NCBI GenBank assembly: GCA_965218705.1
Contig: OZ244652.1
Location: 192,327 to 256,326 of the forward strand
Length of the DNA: 64,000 nucleotides
Direction of reading: 5' to 3'
Source of the DNA: Chthoniobacterales bacterium
GTDB lineage: Bacteria; Verrucomicrobiota; Verrucomicrobiia; Chthoniobacterales; UBA10450
The notes under the pieces are model-generated. The model searched no databases, was not told the origin of the DNA, and was given only the letters and a program-made list of their open reading frames with translations. The number at the start of each line of letters is the position of its first letter. Position 1 is the first letter of the stretch. Positions 48,935 to 57,249 of the stretch are shown here, one piece after another. A program made the translations under genes and the position numbers.

Positions 48935-49936
48935 CTAATGCGACTTCTCGACCGCGGCCCGGAAGGTCTTGATGGTCTTGATGGTTTCTTCGGTCATCAA
49001 CTTACCCGCCACGAAACGATCGACTCCTCCGAGATAAGTGCGGAAAGGCGCGGAAACAAAACCGACCTGCCAAACCAGCGTACCGCCTTCGACCGGCCAA
49101 AGTTGCGTCAGATCAAGGGACATAAAGTAAGTGTCCGACGGATAGTAAACGCAGTCGATCAACTGCCACGAATCGGCGTTTTTCTGGGCTGCGAAAAATC
49201 CGAGCTGCAAAGTGAGATGATCGCGCACCTTGGTCGCTTCCCAGTATGCCACCGTTTCACTGGCGGCCGGGCCGCCGGCAGCGAGCGGTCGGGTCTTGAG
49301 AATGGGCTGAAAATGTTCGGCCGCTTTGGGGTCCAACGTGAGCAGACCGCGAAATTCAGTGCCGGGCGAAACGCTGCCCTCGCTCCGATACGGCGCGACG
49401 GCGGCCACGCCGCCTCGAGCCAGCGCGCTGCTCCGACCTTGCAAAATTTCGCGCCAAGCCTCGCTCGGCGATTTCTGGCCGAGCAAGGCCGTTTCTTCCC
49501 TGGTCAAATGCAGATCGCCGACCGCCTTTCCTCGCCCGGCTTGGGTGCTGCGCTGGAGCAGCCACGTGTCGCCATCGAAGGCGGTCTCGAGACGCAGATT
49601 TTGAAAGTCGCTCAGGCTGCCGGGCAGTCCGTATTCTCGATAAAGACGAACGTCGGCATCGCGCCGTTTGACCGGATCCCAATGGAGCAACGCATTCCCC
49701 ACCACGGCCAGGGGAGCGCGGATGAAATAGCAGGATTGCAGGTGAACGCCGCGCGGGAATTGGCCGACGGGCCCGCGCTCGACTACGATCTCGCCGCGCT
49801 GCAATTTCGCCAAATCCAAGGGCGGCAGGATGGAGCTCGAACGCAGGCGCTCGAAGGGCGCCTCGGCGAGGGCCGCAGTGTTCAGGGCCCCGGCCAGCAA
49901 AAGGCCCAGGACAAACCTGCCTAACGAAAACCGCAC
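48935..49936 (-). CDS. Secreted protein of unknown function (module B)
   Basis: Signal peptide MRFSLGRFVLGLLLAGALNTAALA. Paralog of 45420-46418. Confidence 0.65.
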   Translation of the reverse strand: MRFSLGRFVLGLLLAGALNTAALAEAPFERLRSSSILPPLDLAKLQRGEIVVERGPVGQFPRGVHLQSCYFIRAPLAVVGNALLHWDPVKRRDADVRLYREYGLPGSLSDFQNLRLETAFDGDTWLLQRSTQAGRGKAVGDLHLTREETALLGQKSPSEAWREILQGRSSALARGGVAAVAPYRSEGSVSPGTEFRGLLTLDPKAAEHFQPILKTRPLAAGGPAASETVAYWEATKVRDHLTLQLGFFAAQKNADSWQLIDCVYYPSDTYFMSLDLTQLWPVEGGTLVWQVGFVSAPFRTYLGGVDRFVAGKLMTEETIKTIKTFRAAVEKSH

Positions 49937-49949
49937 GGTGCGTGCACCC

Positions 49950-50870
49950 CTAGAAGGCCGCCTTCAAGGCTACCTTCACGTAAGGTGACGGATCGGTCCG
50001 ATAATTTTCGCCGGCCCGCCCAAATTTGAAATGCCGTTGGATCGAATAGCCCGCGGCGAAGTCAAAAGAGCATTGTTTTGAGATAGCGTAAGTGACTCCC
50101 AGGCCCGCCCGATAATCGCTAAAATCCACCTGAGTTCCGTTGAGTTTGGTTGGTTGGATGTTGTCATTGCGATCCGTGCGAAAAGATCCACCCACGAGCG
50201 AGCCGCCGAGGTAAAGATCGAGATTTTTCGTCGGCGAATAGATGATCCTGGGGTCGGGCAAAACGCCCATGAAGCGAATCTTGTCATTGGGAATCCAGAT
50301 CACGCCCGCCAGGGGAAGGACCGGGAAACCGCTCCGCAAGAACGACGCGTAAACGCCGCCGAAGATGTAAAGGTGATCGGGTTGAAGCACAAAAATCCGC
50401 CCTGCCGTAATCGGAATATCGAAGGATGAGATGCCGAAATTACTTTGCGTATAAAAGCCGGGGCGCACCTGAAAAAACGCTCCCACATCTTTACCGTGCA
50501 TGTAGTCGATCCCGAAGATGCCCGCGAGATCCTGCAGGTGATTAGGGACGGGCGCGGCGGTGCTGCCAAAGTCATAACGATCGTAGGCGAGGCCGACGTG
50601 GACATAGAAGTTTCCCTGCAATAGGAAGCGATGGCCGTACTCGAATTCATTCTGCAATTCGTCCTGCTTCCCAAAGCTGCCGCCGTGGTTCAGGTCGCTT
50701 TCGAAGACGTAGCCGGACTCGATTTTTAGAATATCGAGCGGGACAGCTTCCACGGTCGGCGCCGCCGGGGTGGGGACGATCGCCTTGGCTTCCTGCTCGG
50801 TGCCTCCCCTAACGAGCGAGGTCATGAGAAGGGCCGTCAGAGAGACGACGAAACAAAGAGATTTTTTCAT
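49950..50870 (-). CDS. Predicted outer-membrane beta-barrel protein (module B)
   Basis: Signal peptide and a C-terminal ...VALKAAF. Shares FPVLP..G.I.....D......VLP.PR..YSP..NL.L..G block with 44494-45423. Confidence 0.65.
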   Translation of the reverse strand: MKKSLCFVVSLTALLMTSLVRGGTEQEAKAIVPTPAAPTVEAVPLDILKIESGYVFESDLNHGGSFGKQDELQNEFEYGHRFLLQGNFYVHVGLAYDRYDFGSTAAPVPNHLQDLAGIFGIDYMHGKDVGAFFQVRPGFYTQSNFGISSFDIPITAGRIFVLQPDHLYIFGGVYASFLRSGFPVLPLAGVIWIPNDKIRFMGVLPDPRIIYSPTKNLDLYLGGSLVGGSFRTDRNDNIQPTKLNGTQVDFSDYRAGLGVTYAISKQCSFDFAAGYSIQRHFKFGRAGENYRTDPSPYVKVALKAAF

Positions 50871-51004
50871 AGAATGGCGATTCCTAACTCAGATTGGCCG
50901 AACACACAAAGACGAACCTGCGGTCTTGATAAGATATCTTACGCAATTTCTGGGCCGGAAACGCCTTCTGATCTCGAAGCGGTGACGAGGACTTTCGCTC
51001 CTCG

Positions 51005-51403
51005 CTAGCCCGTCGCGGCCGCTGCCTTGGGCGGCTCCATCGCGGCGGTGCGATCCCGAACGTTTCCACGAACTCGAGTTTCCTTTTGCTCGGCGGCTTC
51101 TTTCATTTCGCGGGAGAGCTTCTCCACGCGCTGCCGCATCACTTTGCCGGCTTTAAATTTTACCGTGGCCCTTGGGGGGATAACAAAGCTGCTGCCGGGC
51201 TGGTTGGGGTTGCGTCCCACGCGCGGCTTGGTCAGCCGGGGCTGAAAAACCCCAAAATTGCGCAACTCGACGGTCACGTTCCGGGCCAAACTGTCGGTAA
51301 TATGGTCGAGCGTGCGCTGCACAACATCGAACACCTGGTGTTGGACCATCCCCGTTTGATTGCTGATCGACACGACGATGTCGCGCTTGGTGAGCTTGCT
51401 CAT
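51005..51403 (-). CDS. HU/IHF-family DNA-binding protein with a basic C-terminal extension
   Basis: RVGRNPNQPGSSFVIPPRATVKFKAGK arm motif and 132 aa length. Confidence 0.85.
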   Translation of the reverse strand: MSKLTKRDIVVSISNQTGMVQHQVFDVVQRTLDHITDSLARNVTVELRNFGVFQPRLTKPRVGRNPNQPGSSFVIPPRATVKFKAGKVMRQRVEKLSREMKEAAEQKETRVRGNVRDRTAAMEPPKAAAATG

Positions 51404-51525
51404 GTTACCAGAATCGTGCCCCGACGGTCGGACGAGCGGATGAAAACTAAAATTTTCCGCAGCACCCGTGAAAGGGTTGACGCATTGGAAACGCTTCGTT
51501 GCCTGCGGGTTCCGCCTGGAAAACC

Positions 51526-51960
51526 CTAGCGGACAGGCACTTTCCGCCCAAAAAGACGGGTAAAAAAAGCGCTCATCGCGCCTTGGTTAATCAGCTCGCG
51601 GCGTTTCGCTTTTAACTGGCCTTGGAGGAGGCCCATCTTTGTGAAAACGGCATTCCAGTCGATTTCCAGCCGGCGAGCCTCTTCTGGGCCAAGTTCGCGC
51701 ACGCCCCGAAGGGAGGTGGCGCGTTGCAGGACATTCATTGTTTTACCGGAAAGCTCGGCGATTAAGCCTAGCTCAGTGAAGACGTGCTCGCTCTCCTGGA
51801 GGAGAACCGAACGGACTTCGGTGAACTGACGTTCCTGCTCGGCCGAGACAATCGGCTTCGCCTTATCGAGCGCGTAAGTGACGTAATCGTGCAGCTTTTT
51901 CCAACTTTCGATTTGAAGCGTCAGCAAGCGCAGTTGGGTGTCGACGGTGGTATCTCTCAT
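51526..51960 (-). CDS. Hypothetical protein
   Basis: 144 aa, helical and charged. ATGA overlap with the upstream DUF4388 gene. Confidence 0.5.
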   Translation of the reverse strand: MRDTTVDTQLRLLTLQIESWKKLHDYVTYALDKAKPIVSAEQERQFTEVRSVLLQESEHVFTELGLIAELSGKTMNVLQRATSLRGVRELGPEEARRLEIDWNAVFTKMGLLQGQLKAKRRELINQGAMSAFFTRLFGRKVPVR

Positions 51961-52700
51961 GAACGTCCTGTGGCGCTGACCAGTTCCATGGTCTCATCAA
52001 GTTTTTGCAGGTTATCGATGAGCAGGTGGGCCCAAGGCCGATTGACTGTTTGCACCTGGCTGATGATTCCTTCTTCAAAGTAGAAACGGCCTTGCCGCCA
52101 GCGGAAAACTTCGGCGACGGCCACTTCCCCTTCGATCGAACCGTAAATGGCGTGGCGCATCATCCCGTGATGTAGATAAATCTCGCAGTTGCCCCGCCCG
52201 GATTTGAAAGTGAAACGACCGCTCCGCTGGCTCATGCAGCTCATCTGCAGAATCTCGGCTGCGGAAAACTGGTTCAGGTTACCAATCAGAGAATGGCATG
52301 GGTCGATCCCCTCGGCCGCCGGCAGAGACTTCCGCTGAAAAGCCGAAACTGCTTCTCGCAGTTGTTGGCGCAGCCGGGAATCGCTGCAATCAGTGGTGAG
52401 CACGTCGATATTCTGATCGGTCGCCTGCTCGCCGCTGCGGGTCTCGATCGTCTCGGGTGTCAGGCAGAGGATCCTAAGTGAAGGGAAATGCTGGCGGGTG
52501 TTAATGGCCCATTCCAGGATGACGGAGGTCTCGCCTTCGACCACGAAGAGGTCGAAGTCTTCCCGCATCAGGACGTGAATGGCGTCGGAAAGAGTCCGGA
52601 CGACGCGCGTCTCCGTGTCCCGCATCATCGCATCGAACATGGCTAACACCCGGTCTTCAAAGACAGGATCGAGGTTAAGGATGAGCAGTCTGGTCTCCAC
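51957..52700 (-). CDS. Receiver-like domain plus DUF4388 domain protein
   Basis: The N-terminus has CheY-like topology without an obvious DD pair. The C-terminus, GNLNQFSAAEILQM...SGRFTFKSGRGNCEIYLHHGMMRHA...GEVAVAEVFRWRQGRFYFEEG, is typical of DUF4388. Confidence 0.65.
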   Translation of the reverse strand: METRLLILNLDPVFEDRVLAMFDAMMRDTETRVVRTLSDAIHVLMREDFDLFVVEGETSVILEWAINTRQHFPSLRILCLTPETIETRSGEQATDQNIDVLTTDCSDSRLRQQLREAVSAFQRKSLPAAEGIDPCHSLIGNLNQFSAAEILQMSCMSQRSGRFTFKSGRGNCEIYLHHGMMRHAIYGSIEGEVAVAEVFRWRQGRFYFEEGIISQVQTVNRPWAHLLIDNLQKLDETMELVSATGRS

Positions 52701-52766
52701 GGCCGTTCATCTTAAGAGCAGGAAGCTTGCCGTCGATGGGGCGCCCACGAGCGCCGATTTGGCCTT

Positions 52767-53729
52767 CTATTTTCGCCATTCTCGCCGAGGCGGCGGGGCG
52801 GCGTAATAATCAGGGGCAATCTCATGGGCTGTGCGGAAATGGACCTTGGCGAAGCGGCGAAGCGCTTCCGCGCCCCCCGTCTCGACGAGTTGACGGGCCG
52901 TCTCTTTGACTCCCGCGGAAACCCCGCGACCCAGCGTCAAACCACTGCGCTTCCCGTGACGTTCCAGCCAATCAATGAACGACTCGCGCGCCAGGATCGA
53001 CGCCGCCGCCACCGCAAAATCGGATTCCGCTTTCGTCCGCTGCTCGACCTCGATGTTCTGGCCGTGCTGCATGAGGGAACGCTCGACCACGCGCGAGTCG
53101 GCAAATTTATCCGAGAGCGCGCGGGGACAATCGGGTCGGAGCGCGAGGAGATTCTCGATGACCCGGGCGTGGCCCCAGCCGAGGAGACTGTTCAGGTTAC
53201 CGAATTTTTCGTAGAGATCGTTATACCGTTCCGGTCCGATCTGCACCACTTCGAGCGCGACACCCGGAGTTTCGCGAATCATCCTGGCGAGGGCGCGAAT
53301 CTTGGCGTCGGACCCGATCCGTTTGCTGTCCTGGATTCCATTCTCGAGGAAAGTGCGCGCGATCTCGCGATCGGTATAAACACCGGCGATGACGAGCGGC
53401 CCGAAGAAATCGCCTTTGCCGCTTTCATCGATCCCGAAGTGCGGCTCAAACATTTCCGGCGCGTGCACTTCCTCATAACCGAGCTTCGCCTCGCCCAGGA
53501 TCTTCGGTTCCAACTCAAAACTCACGAAGTCTTCGATCCCTTTGCCCTGCAGGAGAAGCTTCGGCCCCTTCTCATAAACCGCCGCGCTCAGCTTCTCTTT
53601 GCGCGCGAAATAGATGGTGTAGGGCTTGGGCGAGAACTCGAATCCGGAGCCTTCCAAAAGGTGCCGAAGAGCGGTGACCTGGTCGCCGGTGAGCGGCGCG
53701 GTGTAGGTATTTAAGGGCGGCGCAGGCAT
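52767..53729 (-). CDS. rnhC: Ribonuclease HIII
   Basis: N-terminal RNase HIII-specific domain and a catalytic GIDESGKGDFFGPLVIAGV. Met at 53729. Confidence 0.85.
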   Translation of the reverse strand: MPAPPLNTYTAPLTGDQVTALRHLLEGSGFEFSPKPYTIYFARKEKLSAAVYEKGPKLLLQGKGIEDFVSFELEPKILGEAKLGYEEVHAPEMFEPHFGIDESGKGDFFGPLVIAGVYTDREIARTFLENGIQDSKRIGSDAKIRALARMIRETPGVALEVVQIGPERYNDLYEKFGNLNSLLGWGHARVIENLLALRPDCPRALSDKFADSRVVERSLMQHGQNIEVEQRTKAESDFAVAAASILARESFIDWLERHGKRSGLTLGRGVSAGVKETARQLVETGGAEALRRFAKVHFRTAHEIAPDYYAAPPPRREWRK

Positions 53730-53891
53730 GGAGGCTTGTCCCAAACACGGATACATGACTCTCTTCTCGCAGCGAGGACTTTCGCGCGGCGCCGCACGAC
53801 CGCCTCCAGACAATCGCACCGCATTTTTTACAATGATTTGCAGCGCAACTGGCTTGGGGTTTTTGTGACTCGTGGCATCATTCCCGCACGC

Positions 53892-54896
53892 ATGGGGGGA
53901 CAAACACGATCGGGCCATCCTCAAGATCGCGCAGCGGACTTCCGCCGTGAACTGATCCGATGGTATCGCTGCGAGGGCCGCGACCTGCCTTGGAGACGCA
54001 CGGGCGATCCCTACGCGATCCTGGTTTCGGAGTTCATGCTCCAGCAAACGCAGGTGGCGACCGTCATACCTTATTACCAGCGTTGGCTGGAACGGTTTCC
54101 CGACTTTGCCACCCTGGCCCAAGCCGAGGAGTCCGATGTTTTGCACGCCTGGCAGGGACTGGGCTACTACAGTCGTGCTCGTAATATCCAGGCGGCGGCG
54201 AGGATGGTGCAGGAGGTGTTCGACGGAGAACTTCCCGCGGATGCCGTCAAGATCGCGCAATTGCCCGGGGTCGGTCGATATACGGCGGGTGCGATCGCCA
54301 GTTTTGGATTCGATTTACCCGAGCCGATCGTCGACGCCAACATCGCACGCGTTTTGGCTCGCCTGACGAATTGGCGGCAGCCGATCGATTCCTCCGCCGG
54401 GCAAAAGCAGCTCTGGCGGACCGCGGCGGCGCTCGTTCCGCCCAAAGGAGCGCGCTCCTTTAATTCCGCCCTCATGGATCTCGGCGCGACCATCTGCCTG
54501 CCCCACCGGCCGCGTTGTCTCGAATGTCCGGTGCGCGATTTCTGCCAGGCCGCCGACCCGGCGACGCTCCCTGTGAAACGAAAGAAGCCGGCTACGATTC
54601 ATCTCACGGAATGCCATGCTTTCGCCCGCCGTCGGGGCCGGCTCCTGCTTGAACAATCAAATAGCCGTTGGCAGGGAATGTGGATTCTACCTCGGCTCGC
54701 GACTCAACCGGCGCGATCAGCCATCTTGCGCCTCGATTTTCCGTTTACCCACCATCGCATCACCCTGGTTGTCTTCCCGGGCGACGACGTTCGGCCCGGC
54801 GAGCGCCAACGCTGGTTCCCGGTGCGCGCGATCGACGATCTGCCTGTCCCCTCTCCCCATCGACGCGCGCTGGCGCAGCTCCTGCCTAACGACTAG
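53892..54896 (+). CDS. mutY: A/G-specific adenine DNA glycosylase
   Basis: LPWR...PY.ILVSEFMLQQTQV, GLGYYSRARN, an Fe-S Cys cluster (CLPHRPRCLECPVRDFC) and a C-terminal NUDIX-like domain. Confidence 0.92.
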   Translation: MGGQTRSGHPQDRAADFRRELIRWYRCEGRDLPWRRTGDPYAILVSEFMLQQTQVATVIPYYQRWLERFPDFATLAQAEESDVLHAWQGLGYYSRARNIQAAARMVQEVFDGELPADAVKIAQLPGVGRYTAGAIASFGFDLPEPIVDANIARVLARLTNWRQPIDSSAGQKQLWRTAAALVPPKGARSFNSALMDLGATICLPHRPRCLECPVRDFCQAADPATLPVKRKKPATIHLTECHAFARRRGRLLLEQSNSRWQGMWILPRLATQPARSAILRLDFPFTHHRITLVVFPGDDVRPGERQRWFPVRAIDDLPVPSPHRRALAQLLPND

Positions 54897-54910
54897 AGTA
54901 GACTTATTCC

Positions 54911-55621
54911 ATGTTACACGGCCAAAAAATAGTGGTGGTGATGCCGGCTTACAATGCCGCTCGCACTTTGCGCAAGACTTATGACGAAGTGATGGCCCAC
55001 GGGATCGTGGATCACGTGATTTTGGTGGATGACGCGAGTACGGACGAAACCGCCGCCATGGCTCGCACGCTCCCAAGTGTCCAGGTAGAAGTTCATCCCA
55101 AGAACCGGGGCTACGGCGCCAATCAAAAGACCTGCTATCGACTTGCGCTCGCCGCCGGCGCGGATGTGATCATCATGATCCACCCCGATTATCAGTACAC
55201 GCCCGCCCTCATCCCGGCCATGGCGTCCCTCGTCACGAGTGGCCTTTATCCTTGCGTGCTCGGCTCGCGCATTCTCGGTGGCGGTGCGCTGCGCGGTGGA
55301 ATGCCATGGTGGAAGTATGTGTCTAACCGCGGCCTGACCTTCTTGGAAAACCTTTTACTGGGGGCCAAACTGTCGGAATACCACACCGGTTATCGTGCTT
55401 TTTCCCGACCCCTCCTAAAGCGCTTACCGTTGGAGGAAAACTCCGATGACTTTATCTTTGATAACCAGGTCCTGGCCCAGATCGTCGGTCTGGGTTGTCC
55501 TATTGGGGAAATCACATGTCCAACCAAATACTTCCCGGAAGCGTCGTCGATTGGTTTTGTCGCCAGTCTTCGTTATGGCCTGGGTTGCCTTCGGACGGCG
55601 CTGGCCTTCCGCCTTAAATGA
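54911..55621 (+). CDS. GT2-family glycosyltransferase (polyprenol-phosphate sugar synthase-like)
   Basis: VVMPAYNAARTL and VILVDDASTDET motifs; 236 aa. Confidence 0.88.
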   Translation: MLHGQKIVVVMPAYNAARTLRKTYDEVMAHGIVDHVILVDDASTDETAAMARTLPSVQVEVHPKNRGYGANQKTCYRLALAAGADVIIMIHPDYQYTPALIPAMASLVTSGLYPCVLGSRILGGGALRGGMPWWKYVSNRGLTFLENLLLGAKLSEYHTGYRAFSRPLLKRLPLEENSDDFIFDNQVLAQIVGLGCPIGEITCPTKYFPEASSIGFVASLRYGLGCLRTALAFRLK

Positions 55622-57243
55622 GTCGAGGCAAGAAAAGATCTGGAGCAAAGAAGAGCCGAAAATTTCTCCATCTCGGTTGGTGGATTCTTTTTGCCTTGGC
55701 ATTGACCGTAATGATCTGCATTCGGATTCGTTTGCTCACGATTCCGCTGGAACGCGACGAAGGAGAGTATGCGTATGCGGGCCAACTGCTCCTAGAAGGC
55801 ATCCCGCCCTACAAGCTTGCCTATAACATGAAATTTCCGGGGATCTATGCGGCTTACTCCGTGGTAATGGCTGCCTTTGGTCAAACCCCGGCCGGCGTGC
55901 ATCTAGGACTTCTGCTCGTTAACCTGATAACAGTCATCTTGCTTTACCTGGTGGGGCGTATGCTTTTCGGTGAAGCAGGGGGCGCGGCTGCCGGCAGCGC
56001 CTATGCCATACTCGCGCTCAGCCCATCCGTGCTCGGGTTCGCCGCGCATGCGACTCACTTCGTCGTTCTTCCGGTAATGGGAGCTACTTTGATTTGTCTT
56101 CGCCCTCCCGAAAAGCGTACTCCGCCGATGCTTAGTAGTGCGGGCGCTCTCCTGGGCACGGCCATCCTGATGAAACAGCCTGGTTTGTTCTTTGCGGTTT
56201 TCGGAGGGATCTATTTGCTCTGGACTGATCTCCAGGCCCGCCTATCCTGGAAGACGACCCTTGGCAGAAGTCTCGCGTTTTTAGCTGGAATCGTCATCAC
56301 TCTTGCGCTGGCCCTGTTCTATCTCTGGTGGGCGGGTGTTTTCGGCAAGTTCTGGTTTTGGACAGTCGACTACGCTTCCGCGTATGGCAGCCTCAATTCG
56401 TGGGATATAGGCCGGCAATACCTCGTTCGCAACTTCCCGCGGGTTGTGAGCTACGGCTGGCTGCTGTGGCTCCTGGCTGGCGTGGGAGTGACAGCATGTT
56501 TCTGGAACGAGACTGTGCGACGGCAGAGAGCGCTGCTGCTGGGATTACTGGGCGCCTCTCTGCTCGCCCTTTCGGCTGGCCTTTACTTCAGAGAGCATTA
56601 CTTCGTTCTTATTCTGCCAGCTATCTCTCTTCTGGCCGGTGCGGCCATCACAGCTTTGATTGATCTTTTGCCTGCGCGCCGCCAGCTCCGACGAGTGCTT
56701 CCTCTTCTGCTTTTGGCAGTGGCTCTGAGTCTGCCCTTGCTCGGCAACCGAGGCTTTTTCTTCTATCTTTCACCCAGCGCCGGTTTGCGCAAAATATGGT
56801 GGTCCAATCCCTTTTCCGAGTCTATCCCCATTGCGAAATTCCTCCGCGACCGAACGACAACCGAAGATTCGATTGCCGTGCTCGGTTCCGAGCCGCAAAT
56901 CTATTTTTACTCGCATCGCCATTCTGCCACCGGGTATATTTATACTTATGGTTTGATGGAAAAACATTCCTACGCGCGCCGAATGCAAGAGGAGATGATT
57001 CACGAGATCGAAGCAGCCCGGCCGAAGTTTGTTGTTTTTGTTTCCATCGAACCTTCCTGGATGCTTCTGCCGAAATCAGACCGGATGATCCTTGATTGGA
57101 TCAACACCTATCTACAGGCGAACTATGCGGGAGTCGGGCTGGTCAATGTGTTTCGGAACCGCCCGTCTGAGTATTATCTTCCGCTCGAGTCTGCCGTACC
57201 TCGACTTTCTCCTTCCCGTATACTGATCTATGAGCGGAAGTGA
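55618..57243 (+). CDS. GT-C-fold membrane glycosyltransferase (ArnT/PMT-like)
   Basis: 541 aa and more than 10 TM, with a first-loop acidic motif LERDEGEY and a soluble C-terminal domain. ATGA overlap with the GT2 gene. Confidence 0.7.
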   Translation: MSRGKKRSGAKKSRKFLHLGWWILFALALTVMICIRIRLLTIPLERDEGEYAYAGQLLLEGIPPYKLAYNMKFPGIYAAYSVVMAAFGQTPAGVHLGLLLVNLITVILLYLVGRMLFGEAGGAAAGSAYAILALSPSVLGFAAHATHFVVLPVMGATLICLRPPEKRTPPMLSSAGALLGTAILMKQPGLFFAVFGGIYLLWTDLQARLSWKTTLGRSLAFLAGIVITLALALFYLWWAGVFGKFWFWTVDYASAYGSLNSWDIGRQYLVRNFPRVVSYGWLLWLLAGVGVTACFWNETVRRQRALLLGLLGASLLALSAGLYFREHYFVLILPAISLLAGAAITALIDLLPARRQLRRVLPLLLLAVALSLPLLGNRGFFFYLSPSAGLRKIWWSNPFSESIPIAKFLRDRTTTEDSIAVLGSEPQIYFYSHRHSATGYIYTYGLMEKHSYARRMQEEMIHEIEAARPKFVVFVSIEPSWMLLPKSDRMILDWINTYLQANYAGVGLVNVFRNRPSEYYLPLESAVPRLSPSRILIYERK

Positions 57244-57249
57244 TAACCG

